Of a stretch of DNA of 64,000 bases, positions 50,070 to 59,289 are shown piece after piece. This DNA comes from a virus: the IMG/VR virus record IMGVR_UViG_3300019886_000004, positions 32,001 to 96,000 of that record. One strand, written 5' to 3'. The stretch's first letter is position 1. Every line of letters begins with the position of its first letter. A model generated the notes under the pieces. It did not search any database and was not told the origin of the DNA. It was given only the letters and a program-made list of their open reading frames with translations. Both the position numbers and the translations under genes were made by a program.

Positions 50070-50101
50070 CAAAGTTACAACTAATTTCTGTAATTTCCAA
50101 A
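50070..50101 (-). promoter_or_regulatory. Housekeeping-type promoter
   Basis: TTTG-N20-TAACTTTG, a perfect consensus match. Confidence 0.8.
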
Positions 50102-50108
50102 TTTATTT

Positions 50109-50327
50109 TTAAATAAAATTTCTCCTCACATTATTACATAAATCATGATACTCACTACTACACTCTGTAGCTAACTCTCTAAGTTCTTTAAGTGCGCGCA
50201 TCTTTTCAGAAGGTCTCATTGAATCATCATGTTGGATCTCTAGTATCTGATGTTTCACTGACCTTAATTCTGTTTTCCTAGTTCCGATCTCATAATCGTT
50301 AACTCTATTGAGTGATAGAAATGACAT
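50109..50327 (-). CDS. Hypothetical protein
   Basis: 72-aa helical ORF. Confidence 0.55.
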   Translation of the reverse strand: MSFLSLNRVNDYEIGTRKTELRSVKHQILEIQHDDSMRPSEKMRALKELRELATECSSEYHDLCNNVRRNFI

Positions 50328-50344
50328 ATTAATTAATTTAAAGT

Positions 50345-50371
50345 AAAAAGACTGGCAATATACCAGTCTTT
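50345..50371 (-). terminator. Intrinsic terminator after RNR
   Basis: aaagactgg-N7-ccagtcttt. Confidence 0.75.
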
Positions 50372-50403
50372 AGTTTTCATATCGGATTTAAAAACGGGAC
50401 TTA

Positions 50404-52257
50404 TTAAACTATAGTGCATGCTCCTCCTCCACAAGCTATAGATTCCTTAAGGTCTGTTTCGTCTTCAGACTCAATAACTTTAGATAAATCAATCTCATTC
50501 AATAACGTGATCATTTTGTCATAAGTTTCTTTGTCAATCTTTTCAAATGGTGTTTGCTTGTAGGATCCTAAGTCTTCAGGAAGAACAGAAATTGCGCTAA
50601 AGTATTCTTTGTTTGACCATATCCACTGACCAACTTCATCCCATTCTTGATCTTTTAAATTTACTGTAATAGAAACATTATTGAAATTATCTCCTTTTCT
50701 ATGTCCAGGTCTAATCCAATTGATCTGATAAGATTTAGCCCTTTCTAGAAGAGATAGAGCAGATTCATTTTCTTTTAGAATTGCTCCATCTGGCGCTTTT
50801 TGTGGAATAGATATTACCGCCTGAGTTGGATTGAAAACATCGTCCTCGATTAACTCAGGAATTTGGTTTTTTAAATAGATATAGATTGCTTCGTTCTTAC
50901 CAACTCTCATTCTACGTATATAATATTCGTTATCCCAGGCATGTATGCCGGATGAACAACCTAAAACAATACTCGTGGTTCCTGCTGGTTTAACTGTGGT
51001 GGATCTTGCTGCCTTATTAACACCTATTATTTTACCTACCCATTCATTGGTGTCTAAAACAATTTGCGCTCCTTTTAGGTTTATTTCATCACTATAGTCA
51101 AATGATGCTATACCTGTTTGACCTACACCTATTAATGCTTCTTTTTCAGTGGTAATTTGCCATCCCTCACGCAAATAGTGAAAGTTAGTAAATCCAGACT
51201 GTAGAGTAGCAAAGAAAGATGCGGCTTCACATCTATTATAAAAGTCTTCTTCTCCTTCTAAATTAGAAACATTAATTTCAACTAAGTTACAAAATTGTTT
51301 GTCTTTAAGACTAATTTCAAAGCAAGGGTTGAAACCATAATCAGGATTATTACTGAATACGAATCCAGGTTCTCCTGTTTTATTAGATTTAATGATGTTC
51401 CAAAATTTGTCCCAATCTCCTTTCTTTATTCTATGTCTTAATATAACAGCAGAGTTATTAGCACGAGCGAATTCAGGATTTAGCTCCCACCAATCTCCGC
51501 TCTTACAGTAGAGCATATCCATATCATCAAAGTCAAACAGACAAGAAAGGGCTGCCCTACGAATTCCTCCTGCGAGTACAGCGTCTGCGATATAGCAAAT
51601 GATCTTGTGGCAATCTAATGAAGCAAGTTTCTCTCCATTATTTTTAGATTCTAGAAGTTGTTTAATTTGAAATAGACACTTTTCTAATGGTTGATGACCT
51701 GGAGCTTTACCTCCACTAGTGATAAGTCTTGAACCTTTAGGTCTTATATCTCTAAAGTCAAAATCAGGACAAGCTTTATTAACTCCAAAATACGACTTAA
51801 TTAACGCATCAATTGCATCACTCCACCCTTCAATTGAATCTCCTATAAGATATCTTCTTGACTTAGAAGGTTTCTGAATTTCTGGAAGTTCTTTTATGTG
51901 CTTATACTGTACCGAATAACCTACTCCAGATCCACCAAGTAGTAAAAACATTGTTTCACTAAATGCTCGATAGTCTGAAATATGTAAAAATGCGCAATTA
52001 TAAATACGATTCGGAGATAGCTCAATAGGTTTACCTGCAAATTGCGCAGCTCTCATTGACATAAGAACCTTTTTATCTCTTAGATAATGAGTGCGTTCAA
52101 AGATTTCCTTTTTTAATTTAGGATACTTTTTCATCATCATTACTTCATACCTATTGCAGATTTCTTCCCAACTTTCTCTTCTTTTAACCTCTGGCGAATA
52201 TCTGGCATATTTCATGAATACGCCGATATCAGATAAAATTTTTTGACTTAAATCCAT
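50404..52257 (-). CDS. nrdJ: Class II (B12-dependent) ribonucleotide reductase
   Basis: YNCAF, GSGVG, AGGIRRAA, GEPG, NPCFEI, FCNL, TTVKPAGT and C-terminal ACGGGAC. Confidence 0.88.
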   Translation of the reverse strand: MDLSQKILSDIGVFMKYARYSPEVKRRESWEEICNRYEVMMMKKYPKLKKEIFERTHYLRDKKVLMSMRAAQFAGKPIELSPNRIYNCAFLHISDYRAFSETMFLLLGGSGVGYSVQYKHIKELPEIQKPSKSRRYLIGDSIEGWSDAIDALIKSYFGVNKACPDFDFRDIRPKGSRLITSGGKAPGHQPLEKCLFQIKQLLESKNNGEKLASLDCHKIICYIADAVLAGGIRRAALSCLFDFDDMDMLYCKSGDWWELNPEFARANNSAVILRHRIKKGDWDKFWNIIKSNKTGEPGFVFSNNPDYGFNPCFEISLKDKQFCNLVEINVSNLEGEEDFYNRCEAASFFATLQSGFTNFHYLREGWQITTEKEALIGVGQTGIASFDYSDEINLKGAQIVLDTNEWVGKIIGVNKAARSTTVKPAGTTSIVLGCSSGIHAWDNEYYIRRMRVGKNEAIYIYLKNQIPELIEDDVFNPTQAVISIPQKAPDGAILKENESALSLLERAKSYQINWIRPGHRKGDNFNNVSITVNLKDQEWDEVGQWIWSNKEYFSAISVLPEDLGSYKQTPFEKIDKETYDKMITLLNEIDLSKVIESEDETDLKESIACGGGACTIV

Positions 52258-52276
52258 AGTTTGTATTCAATTCATA

Positions 52277-52308
52277 CAAATGTACGGAAATAAATCCATA
52301 TAAACAAA
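52277..52308 (-). promoter_or_regulatory. Housekeeping-type promoter for RNR
   Basis: TTTG-N20-TACATTTG. Confidence 0.8.
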
Positions 52309-52333
52309 TTTTATTGACTTAATTTAAAAAATT

Positions 52334-52359
52334 AAAGTCGATATAGAAATATCGACTTT
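52334..52359. terminator. Intrinsic terminator after dUTPase
   Basis: 11-bp stem aaagtcgatat-agaa-atatcgacttt. Confidence 0.75.
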
Positions 52360-52386
52360 TTCATTACACATTAAAACAGACTATAT

Positions 52387-52812
52387 TTATCCAGTAGAAC
52401 CAAATGCAGATGCTGCGCGATCGGTGTCTTCCAGTTTTTGAACTTCTTCAAATTCTACTTTCGGTATTGGTATTACTATTAGTTGAGCAACTCTATCTCC
52501 TACTGTATAAGCCTTACTGTTTCTTATATATTTAAAACGAGCTTTAATTTCTCCTCGATATCCTGAATCCACTACTCCAACAGCATTACTCAAAATCATA
52601 CCTGTATTTGAAATCGAAGACCTAGGAAATATTAATCCAACGTGATTTTCTGGTATTTCCAAGGAAATTCCAAAACCATATTCATAGTATCCAAAATCTT
52701 TATTATCAACGACTATCATCGAAGTTGATGTGAGATCCATACCACCATCTCCTTGCTTCTGATACTCTGGAATTTTGGCCGAATCAACCAATTTCTTTAT
52801 TTTTATCTTCAT
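52387..52812 (-). CDS. dut: Trimeric dUTPase
   Basis: GMDL, PRSS, GVVDSGYRGEI, RVAQL and FGSTG motifs. Confidence 0.92.
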   Translation of the reverse strand: MKIKIKKLVDSAKIPEYQKQGDGGMDLTSTSMIVVDNKDFGYYEYGFGISLEIPENHVGLIFPRSSISNTGMILSNAVGVVDSGYRGEIKARFKYIRNSKAYTVGDRVAQLIVIPIPKVEFEEVQKLEDTDRAASAFGSTG

Positions 52813-53476
52813 AGTTTTCGTATATTAGTTTTATGAAGTCTAAGAATTTTCCTCTATCAAAATTGAACTTTATAGTATTGACAGCATGGCAACAAAGAAC
52901 TATATTTGATTTTATGTATCCGATTCTATTATCAACTCTGTCAACACTCACATGTGTTAATTTTGGTTCATTATCAATTGTCATAGGTATATTTGTATAT
53001 TTACATATACCTTTTTGTTCTTTCCATAATTCTATTAAATCAGAAATCTCAATATCAAAATGTATATTTCTTTTTTTCGACATTGATCTCATCCTCTGAA
53101 ATTTCATGGCAAAGAATTTTTCGTCTTTACTATATTTAAATCTTGGATTTTTGCTGTTGTACTCGAATTTACATCCATTACAACAACAAGATGGTCTACC
53201 AAGTTGATCTAAATAAACGTGTCTTTTTTGATAAAAGTCCTTGTTGCAGTTTGCACAATGAACCAAAACTTGTGTATTTTTTCCAACATTGAGAAATTTA
53301 GGTGCACAGTATTTACAGTAACCTGTACCTCTTTTTAAGAAGGTGATACCGTACACCCTCATTTCTTTATTACAATCCAGATTTCTACATTTACAAATAT
53401 AAATCTTTGTTGTCTCAATACACTTCTTAGTTTGCTTTTTTCTAATTTCTATTCTTATAACTTGTGATACTTCCAT
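52784..53476 (-). CDS. Free-standing HNH-type (His-Me finger) endonuclease with Zn-ribbon N-terminus
   Basis: CKYT...SVDRVDNRIGYIKSNIVLCCHAVN, plus several CxxC motifs. Confidence 0.75.
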   Translation of the reverse strand: MEVSQVIRIEIRKKQTKKCIETTKIYICKCRNLDCNKEMRVYGITFLKRGTGYCKYCAPKFLNVGKNTQVLVHCANCNKDFYQKRHVYLDQLGRPSCCCNGCKFEYNSKNPRFKYSKDEKFFAMKFQRMRSMSKKRNIHFDIEISDLIELWKEQKGICKYTNIPMTIDNEPKLTHVSVDRVDNRIGYIKSNIVLCCHAVNTIKFNFDRGKFLDFIKLIYENYEDKNKEIG

Positions 53477-53493
53477 ATATCATATATCTTTTA

Positions 53494-53526
53494 TATAATA
53501 TACTGAAAATATTCCATATAACCAAA
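53494..53526 (-). promoter_or_regulatory. Variant (putative late) promoter for the HNH gene
   Basis: TTTG-N20-TATATTATA. Confidence 0.65.
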
Positions 53527-53537
53527 TTTATTTTCTA

Positions 53538-54230
53538 TTAACCTTTAACTTCATCTAATTGTTTTTTTTCTGAACATACGAATGTTTCAAGTTTTAGATT
53601 TGGTTTACTACATAATTCTTTTACTTCTTCCAAATCTTGGATCGGAATCCCTAATTCATCTGCAAAAAATTTAAAGCAATTTCCTTCCTCATTTTTTTTA
53701 TCATCAAAATTGGCATCTGGCCAAAGATAACAATAAAGTTTCTTTTGCTCAGTTGGTAATAAAGAAGACCATTTATAGTTTTTTATAATTTGTTTAGCTT
53801 TCTCTGTCATTTGAGAGTATCTACCTTTCATAAAATTACTCCAGTCACTTGTGTAACCAGAAAGATCATATGTATATAGATATTCATCTGGTGATTCATG
53901 AAATCCAACAAACCTTTTATTAGACATTAAAATAGTTTCATATTTTTCCCAACCAGTTTCTTGAATACTTATATTTTTAAAATTGTTATTAATTTGATTA
54001 TAAATATTATCTTGTTTAATCTTATAAATTTTAGAATAAGTAACAATTAATATTTTATCATCAAAACTAATACCATTTGGATAGTCACCACAAACTAGAT
54101 CTGGTGAAGATATATAAGTATTTGTTTCCGTGAAGTATTTATTCTTTATTAACCCAGTCAAAGGTAATAGAAATAGTTTTGACTTTTGTAGGTAACTTTT
54201 TTGCAGTAGAGAAGATTCTTTTTTATTCAT
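53538..54230 (-). CDS. Hypothetical replication-module protein
   Basis: 230 aa (KSKLFLLPL...FMKGRYS). Confidence 0.6.
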   Translation of the reverse strand: MNKKESSLLQKSYLQKSKLFLLPLTGLIKNKYFTETNTYISSPDLVCGDYPNGISFDDKILIVTYSKIYKIKQDNIYNQINNNFKNISIQETGWEKYETILMSNKRFVGFHESPDEYLYTYDLSGYTSDWSNFMKGRYSQMTEKAKQIIKNYKWSSLLPTEQKKLYCYLWPDANFDDKKNEEGNCFKFFADELGIPIQDLEEVKELCSKPNLKLETFVCSEKKQLDEVKG

Positions 54231-54258
54231 TAAACAAATAAAGTTTAGAACATTTTAT

Positions 54259-55611
54259 TTATATTACATATTCGGAAAAACCATAAGGTAAATTAATTGG
54301 TCCATCATTAAATATCAAAGTAGATTCCGTAATTTTATCTTTCAAATTTTTCTTCCATCTTATAAGTGTAGATTTCTTGACTGTGAATCTCATGTAGTTA
54401 TACTCTTTGTCACATACAAACACTCCTGTTATTACATTAATACCCTGCTTTATTTTATCAGAATATTCTTTTTGAACCAATTCATTTATCAATGCTATTT
54501 TTAAAGATAATGGTGAAGATTCAATAACCTCATATATTTCTTTAATATTATCAACAAAAGTGAAAAATTCCAAGAATATTTCTTTATTTCTTACATCTAT
54601 ATATGGTATTGTTTCTTTAAAATAAAAAGGTTCAGAGTATTCAATAGTTTCCTCTATTTTATTATTTAACCTGTTACTTCTATAGTGTAAATTCGAAGGA
54701 TTTATTTTATACTCTTTATCATATAAATTGGATAAGTTATCAAAATATTCCTTTTGTTTTTCTGTTACTACAATTTTCTCTCCTCTTGTTAATAAATATC
54801 TAAAGTATGCGTGATAGTCCTTAGCTTCTTCAATAACTGTTTGCAAAGTCTTACCTTCATATCCAGCAAATTGATATGCTATTTTCTGTAACTCCTCCAT
54901 ATTGTCCAAACCATCGCATTCTAGGATGCTAAGTTGCTTATTTACTAATTCGGATAGTTTTTCTAGATATTTTTTCATTAAAGGAGACTCTGGTTTATCT
55001 GTCTCTATAGTAAATATTTCATCAAATTGACCTGACTGTAATATAGCAGTTTTTATTAAAATATCTATATTACTATCACTAGTAAAAGCAACAGGATCAT
55101 TATAGATTTCCCAAAACTTTCTTCTATTAATTAATGATAAATTAATTAAATATAGATTTAATGGCCTTCTAAAGCTAAAGTTTTTCTCCTTTTTCTCCTT
55201 TTTCTCCTCTACTTTTTCTTTTCTCATTAAATTCTTACCAAAATAATCTTCATGGAAAAGATTTCCATCGCTTGTAAATGGCTCTAAATCATATTCACTG
55301 TCTTGAGCCTCAACATAATTAATAGCTAATCCTTGATGATTACATATCCATGCTCTACCTTCTTTTTTGTCAACTATTCTACAATTGGCTAATTCATCTC
55401 TAGGAATTTTAACATATTCACTAATATCATCTCTTTTGATGACACCCAAAACACCAAGATTATTATGGACTATTAGTAGATTTTCATCCATTACATCAAT
55501 AATCTCAGATCCATCAAAGACTTCTTCAAAGATTTCTTCTTTGATTGAACTACCATCATATGATGGATTTTTTCCTTTTATATATTTTCTAACTGCTGCC
55601 ATTTTCCACAT
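54259..55611 (-). CDS. Hypothetical protein, possibly a degenerate PD-(D/E)XK exonuclease
   Basis: 450 aa. The C-terminal part recalls phage PD-(D/E)XK exonucleases but no D/ExK motif is visible. Confidence 0.4.
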   Translation of the reverse strand: MWKMAAVRKYIKGKNPSYDGSSIKEEIFEEVFDGSEIIDVMDENLLIVHNNLGVLGVIKRDDISEYVKIPRDELANCRIVDKKEGRAWICNHQGLAINYVEAQDSEYDLEPFTSDGNLFHEDYFGKNLMRKEKVEEKKEKKEKNFSFRRPLNLYLINLSLINRRKFWEIYNDPVAFTSDSNIDILIKTAILQSGQFDEIFTIETDKPESPLMKKYLEKLSELVNKQLSILECDGLDNMEELQKIAYQFAGYEGKTLQTVIEEAKDYHAYFRYLLTRGEKIVVTEKQKEYFDNLSNLYDKEYKINPSNLHYRSNRLNNKIEETIEYSEPFYFKETIPYIDVRNKEIFLEFFTFVDNIKEIYEVIESSPLSLKIALINELVQKEYSDKIKQGINVITGVFVCDKEYNYMRFTVKKSTLIRWKKNLKDKITESTLIFNDGPINLPYGFSEYVI

Positions 55612-55960
55612 TTTTTAATACTTCGTAGAAATCTTCTTTTCTCAAAATAACGTAATCACCACACTTAAAAAATCGTGATCCGCGTTTTTCTGTAATTTCA
55701 TGAAAAACAACTAAAGGTTTATCTTTAAGTTTAAATTGCTCAAATATATCTCTATATTTTAGAGGACTAGTATAGCTTTTACATTGTATATGATAAGGAA
55801 ATCTTTTTAAAGATTCTGGAGTGTCAACTATGTCAACATCCATATTATCCATATATCTACTGTAAAGTCTAGATGTACCTACCAAATAACCTAGTTTCAA
55901 GTTATTTATCTCAGTTACAATTTTTCTTTCGTAGTTTGATCCTTTTACCTTGTTAAGCAT
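55589..55960 (-). CDS. Holliday junction resolvase (PD-(D/E)XK type)
   Basis: KGSNYERKI...DIVD...IQCKS...PLVVFH. Confidence 0.75.
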   Translation of the reverse strand: MLNKVKGSNYERKIVTEINNLKLGYLVGTSRLYSRYMDNMDVDIVDTPESLKRFPYHIQCKSYTSPLKYRDIFEQFKLKDKPLVVFHEITEKRGSRFFKCGDYVILRKEDFYEVLKNVENGSS

Positions 55961-55974
55961 ACATTGGTTTTAAC

Positions 55975-56006
55975 CAAATATACGCATTTTTCATGAAATT
56001 ACCAAA
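55975..56006 (-). promoter_or_regulatory. Housekeeping-type promoter
   Basis: TTTG-N20-TATATTTG. Confidence 0.8.
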
Positions 56007-56015
56007 TTATTATTC

Positions 56016-56573
56016 TTAGACTTGCGTTATCTTCATTTCTTCATCAATATTTAAACTATATGTACTACATGTGTGTTTATAGTTATTTCGTCTATTTTTA
56101 AATGAAGACATTGATTGTAATCCTAGATTTTTAACACATTTAAGTATTATTGGCTGTTCAACATCAGAAATAATGAAATCAACAGAGCTATAATACATTA
56201 TATTACATATTGATTCTACCAGGTTTAAAACCTCTCTAAACATTTGTGTTGATTGTTCTGTGGTAATACTAATGGAATCTAACCCACTATGTATCATTGT
56301 ATAAGAATATATGTCATGAATTATAAGTTTTCCACAACAACTAGGATATTCTACTATGCTGAATCCCAAAATATTATATTCAGACTTAGTTAGTATAGAA
56401 AACGAAACAGGACCTTTGTTACCTATGGTTATCCTACTAATTGGACGAATCATACTATTAAATATATCATCCTCATCAGAATAAATCAAAGATTTTGATC
56501 TAGATACAAGTATTAAGTCTTTTATATTTAATATTTTACTAATATTATTCTTAAAGTCTAATATGCATCCCAT
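56016..56573 (-). CDS. Divergent GNAT-like protein with CCG motif
   Basis: EYPSCCGKLII...EQ...LG...FKN parallels the 57405-57914 product but lacks RxxGxG. Confidence 0.4.
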   Translation of the reverse strand: MGCILDFKNNISKILNIKDLILVSRSKSLIYSDEDDIFNSMIRPISRITIGNKGPVSFSILTKSEYNILGFSIVEYPSCCGKLIIHDIYSYTMIHSGLDSISITTEQSTQMFREVLNLVESICNIMYYSSVDFIISDVEQPIILKCVKNLGLQSMSSFKNRRNNYKHTCSTYSLNIDEEMKITQV

Positions 56574-57424
56574 ACATCTGTAAGTTCTTTTTCCTTAATT
56601 AAGACTAGTATACCAAACTCATCACATATTTTACCAGCAAGTTCTTTATTACTGGAATTAATTGCCTCAACAATATCTATTGACATTTCATTAATCTTAT
56701 CCATTCCATGTTCATTATAATAGTCAAACATTTGATTGATTTGATTAAAAATGTACTCAACATATTCTCTATCTTCAACCCAGAAATTAGAAAGTGTTCT
56801 AGCTTCAAAACCCCTTGATTCACTCCATTCACACAACCTCATTTCTCCAGCCTTACCATATAGTTGTCTCCTTCTTTCATCGCTATCTAAAAATAGGCAA
56901 GGTATTGTCACAAAAGTATCAAAAACTTTCATTAAATCAATGGAATTATTTACATCAGCTCCTTCAAAGCTGAAATGAAGATGACCTCCGCACACCCTCA
57001 AATTAGTATCTAATAGATTACAAGAAGGATTCATTTCTCCATCCAACCAAGCATTATATGAAGGACTACATCCAGCCACCTTTGCTTCTGGATGCTCTAG
57101 TTGATCTTCTGTAAATTCTGCTGAAGGACAACAAGTTATTTTTAACTTTTCTTCCTTGGCATATTTACTTAATATGTAACTCTTAATATACTCAAGATTC
57201 TCCAAAAATTCCTGGCTACCATCTAATTTTACTGGCGGCACATTACATTCTTGTAATACACCATCATACTGTAAGCAACATCCCTTTCTAGGAAGTTGTT
57301 CTGGAAATTTCTTAGTTCCGCTATTAAAGGGTATTGCAGATATAAATTTTCCTTCATCATTAGTTAAAAATAGTTCAAAATCAGAACCTATTAGTACTGT
57401 TTCCTTATTTACTTTCATTTTCAT
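56558..57424 (-). CDS. phiEco32-like COOH.NH2 ligase type 2
   Basis: IGSDFELFL, QYDGVLQECN, GCSPSYNAW, RVCGGHLH, RRQLYGKAG, EARTLSNFW. Confidence 0.9.
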   Translation of the reverse strand: MKMKVNKETVLIGSDFELFLTNDEGKFISAIPFNSGTKKFPEQLPRKGCCLQYDGVLQECNVPPVKLDGSQEFLENLEYIKSYILSKYAKEEKLKITCCPSAEFTEDQLEHPEAKVAGCSPSYNAWLDGEMNPSCNLLDTNLRVCGGHLHFSFEGADVNNSIDLMKVFDTFVTIPCLFLDSDERRRQLYGKAGEMRLCEWSESRGFEARTLSNFWVEDREYVEYIFNQINQMFDYYNEHGMDKINEMSIDIVEAINSSNKELAGKICDEFGILVLIKEKELTDVWDAY

Positions 57425-57914
57425 TCAGATTTAATAGCCAAATATTTAAAGTATTTCCAGTTTTTGCATTAATAAACTCAAGGCTTTTTAACCAACCTTG
57501 TTTTTCAAATATCTTAACTTGATATTCATTATTTTTCTTATCTGCACCTTGCAATACACCATATCCATAATAGGAAGAAAAGTCAGACATGAACTTTGTT
57601 GCAATAGAACCAATTCCTTTATTTCTAAAGTTCTTAGATACAAGAAGATTGCTTCCAACAATTATACCACAACAATTATACATATCTTTTAAATCAAAAG
57701 TAACTATAGTTAATTTATTATAGTCTACTTTAAATATTAAGTTACATTGACCTTTTCCTATTTCTTCAGGATTATATTGATTAAAGAATTCTTCCAGGGT
57801 ATACTGTACCCCGGAAGAATTTTCGTAAACCTTTATTTCAATCTGTTGTTCCTTACATCCTATAATTTTAGATATATCTGTTCTAAACTTGGACTGAATT
57901 TCTTTCGTTTTCAT
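57405..57914 (-). CDS. GNAT-family acyltransferase with CCG motif
   Basis: Acyl-CoA motif A (LVSKNFRNKGIGS) and N..Q..IFEKQGW. Confidence 0.7.
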   Translation of the reverse strand: MKTKEIQSKFRTDISKIIGCKEQQIEIKVYENSSGVQYTLEEFFNQYNPEEIGKGQCNLIFKVDYNKLTIVTFDLKDMYNCCGIIVGSNLLVSKNFRNKGIGSIATKFMSDFSSYYGYGVLQGADKKNNEYQVKIFEKQGWLKSLEFINAKTGNTLNIWLLNLNENESK

Positions 57915-58611
57915 GTTTGTAATTTGGAGACTTTTTTATTAAGTTTGTAATAAGATATCTTGCTAGCAAATTATAGTCTTCCTCTGGATGAAATTGACAA
58001 GCGGCTATCGGAAGAGTTTTATGTTGAAATACTTCTGCAATGTCATCCTTTGCAGTATATGCAATTAATTCTAGTGGCTCAGGTAACTCATCCTTTCTAA
58101 CACCTTGATGGTGAAGTGAACAACATTTCATTTTTTTACTTTTAGAATTCTTTAATAAAGATGTTTCTAATATAGTAAATTTCGGAGTGAATGTAAGATC
58201 ATTAACTAATTCTCCTCTATTTTCGGAATCACTATATCCATGCGTTCCAAGGTCTATATTTTGTATTAGTTTGCCACCAAAATGTACATTAATCATTTGG
58301 AAACCTAAACAGATTCCGAATACTGGTATTCCCGCATCAATATATTTAGGTAAATTAACTTTAGCAAAATGTTCTTTGAATGGATCTGGATCACTATTAA
58401 AATATCCTGGAACAGCCTCATAATTACTTGGTAAAGTATCCTTACCTCCTGGCATTATAATTAAATCTAAATCATTATCAATACCCATTTTTGGAGTTAG
58501 AATTCTAACATCTCCAAACACTTTGAAGAAGTGTAAATAAGATTTTGCTACACCAAAAGATAATTCTCCTTGACTCCAACCCGGTATTCCAATTTTAGGA
58601 ACGTATTTCAT
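57883..58611 (-). CDS. Class I glutamine amidotransferase / peptidase C26-like
   Basis: PGGKD, GICLG, SLHHQ, QFHPE with the Cys-His-Glu triad intact. Confidence 0.88.
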   Translation of the reverse strand: MKYVPKIGIPGWSQGELSFGVAKSYLHFFKVFGDVRILTPKMGIDNDLDLIIMPGGKDTLPSNYEAVPGYFNSDPDPFKEHFAKVNLPKYIDAGIPVFGICLGFQMINVHFGGKLIQNIDLGTHGYSDSENRGELVNDLTFTPKFTILETSLLKNSKSKKMKCCSLHHQGVRKDELPEPLELIAYTAKDDIAEVFQHKTLPIAACQFHPEEDYNLLARYLITNLIKKSPNYKHENERNSVQV

Positions 58612-58629
58612 ATTAATTCATTTAAAATT

Positions 58630-59289
58630 TTATAATTCATTATTAAAAAACTTCACTAAAGTCTTTTTAGTCCAATCCATTACTGGTTCAAATTGACTAG
58701 ATTTATGCATCATTTCCGGATGGAATTGAAACCCGATTGCACTAATTTTAGGAAAATAAATCGACTCAATTTCTTTAAAATTCCAAGGAAGTAAGATTGA
58801 TTTATCCTTTGGACCTAAATATCTATTAGACCTTCTCTTACTACTCCAAGCTAATACTTTATAGTTCCTTGGATCCTTAATTGTATAAGGATTGATCATT
58901 TGATGATGTATACTATTTGTATTTACAGAAACACCATCAAAAGTTGTTATTGTATGGCTGCTTCCACTATGACCACTAACGTCTTGAATCAACTTACCAC
59001 CCGCCATTGCACAAATAAATTGAATACCGCGACATATACCCAGCATCTTCTTACCAAGTTTTATACCTTCCATAAAGTCTTCTTTTTCTATCTTCTCCTT
59101 TTGTGGACTAGTCCAGGTCCTGTCACTTGCTTCTTCTCCATAGGTGCTTGGATCTACATCAGCTCCTCCCCCAAAAATTATTACATCTGCCTCTTCTATA
59201 TTTCTAGTATGTACAAATCCTAAATCCTGTAAGAAATTTCCATTATTTGCTCCACACGCAGACGTGAAATACTTATTTAATTTCTCCAT
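58630..59289 (-). CDS. Second class I glutamine amidotransferase / peptidase C26-like
   Basis: GGGADVDP, GICRG, NSIHHQ, QFHPE. Confidence 0.88.
   Translation of the reverse strand: MEKLNKYFTSACGANNGNFLQDLGFVHTRNIEEADVIIFGGGADVDPSTYGEEASDRTWTSPQKEKIEKEDFMEGIKLGKKMLGICRGIQFICAMAGGKLIQDVSGHSGSSHTITTFDGVSVNTNSIHHQMINPYTIKDPRNYKVLAWSSKRRSNRYLGPKDKSILLPWNFKEIESIYFPKISAIGFQFHPEMMHKSSQFEPVMDWTKKTLVKFFNNEL

Noticed and set aside
54225-54290. Additional class A promoter before the 53538-54230 gene
   Set aside because: TTTG-like words are present but there is no TTTG-N20-TAnnTTTG arrangement.
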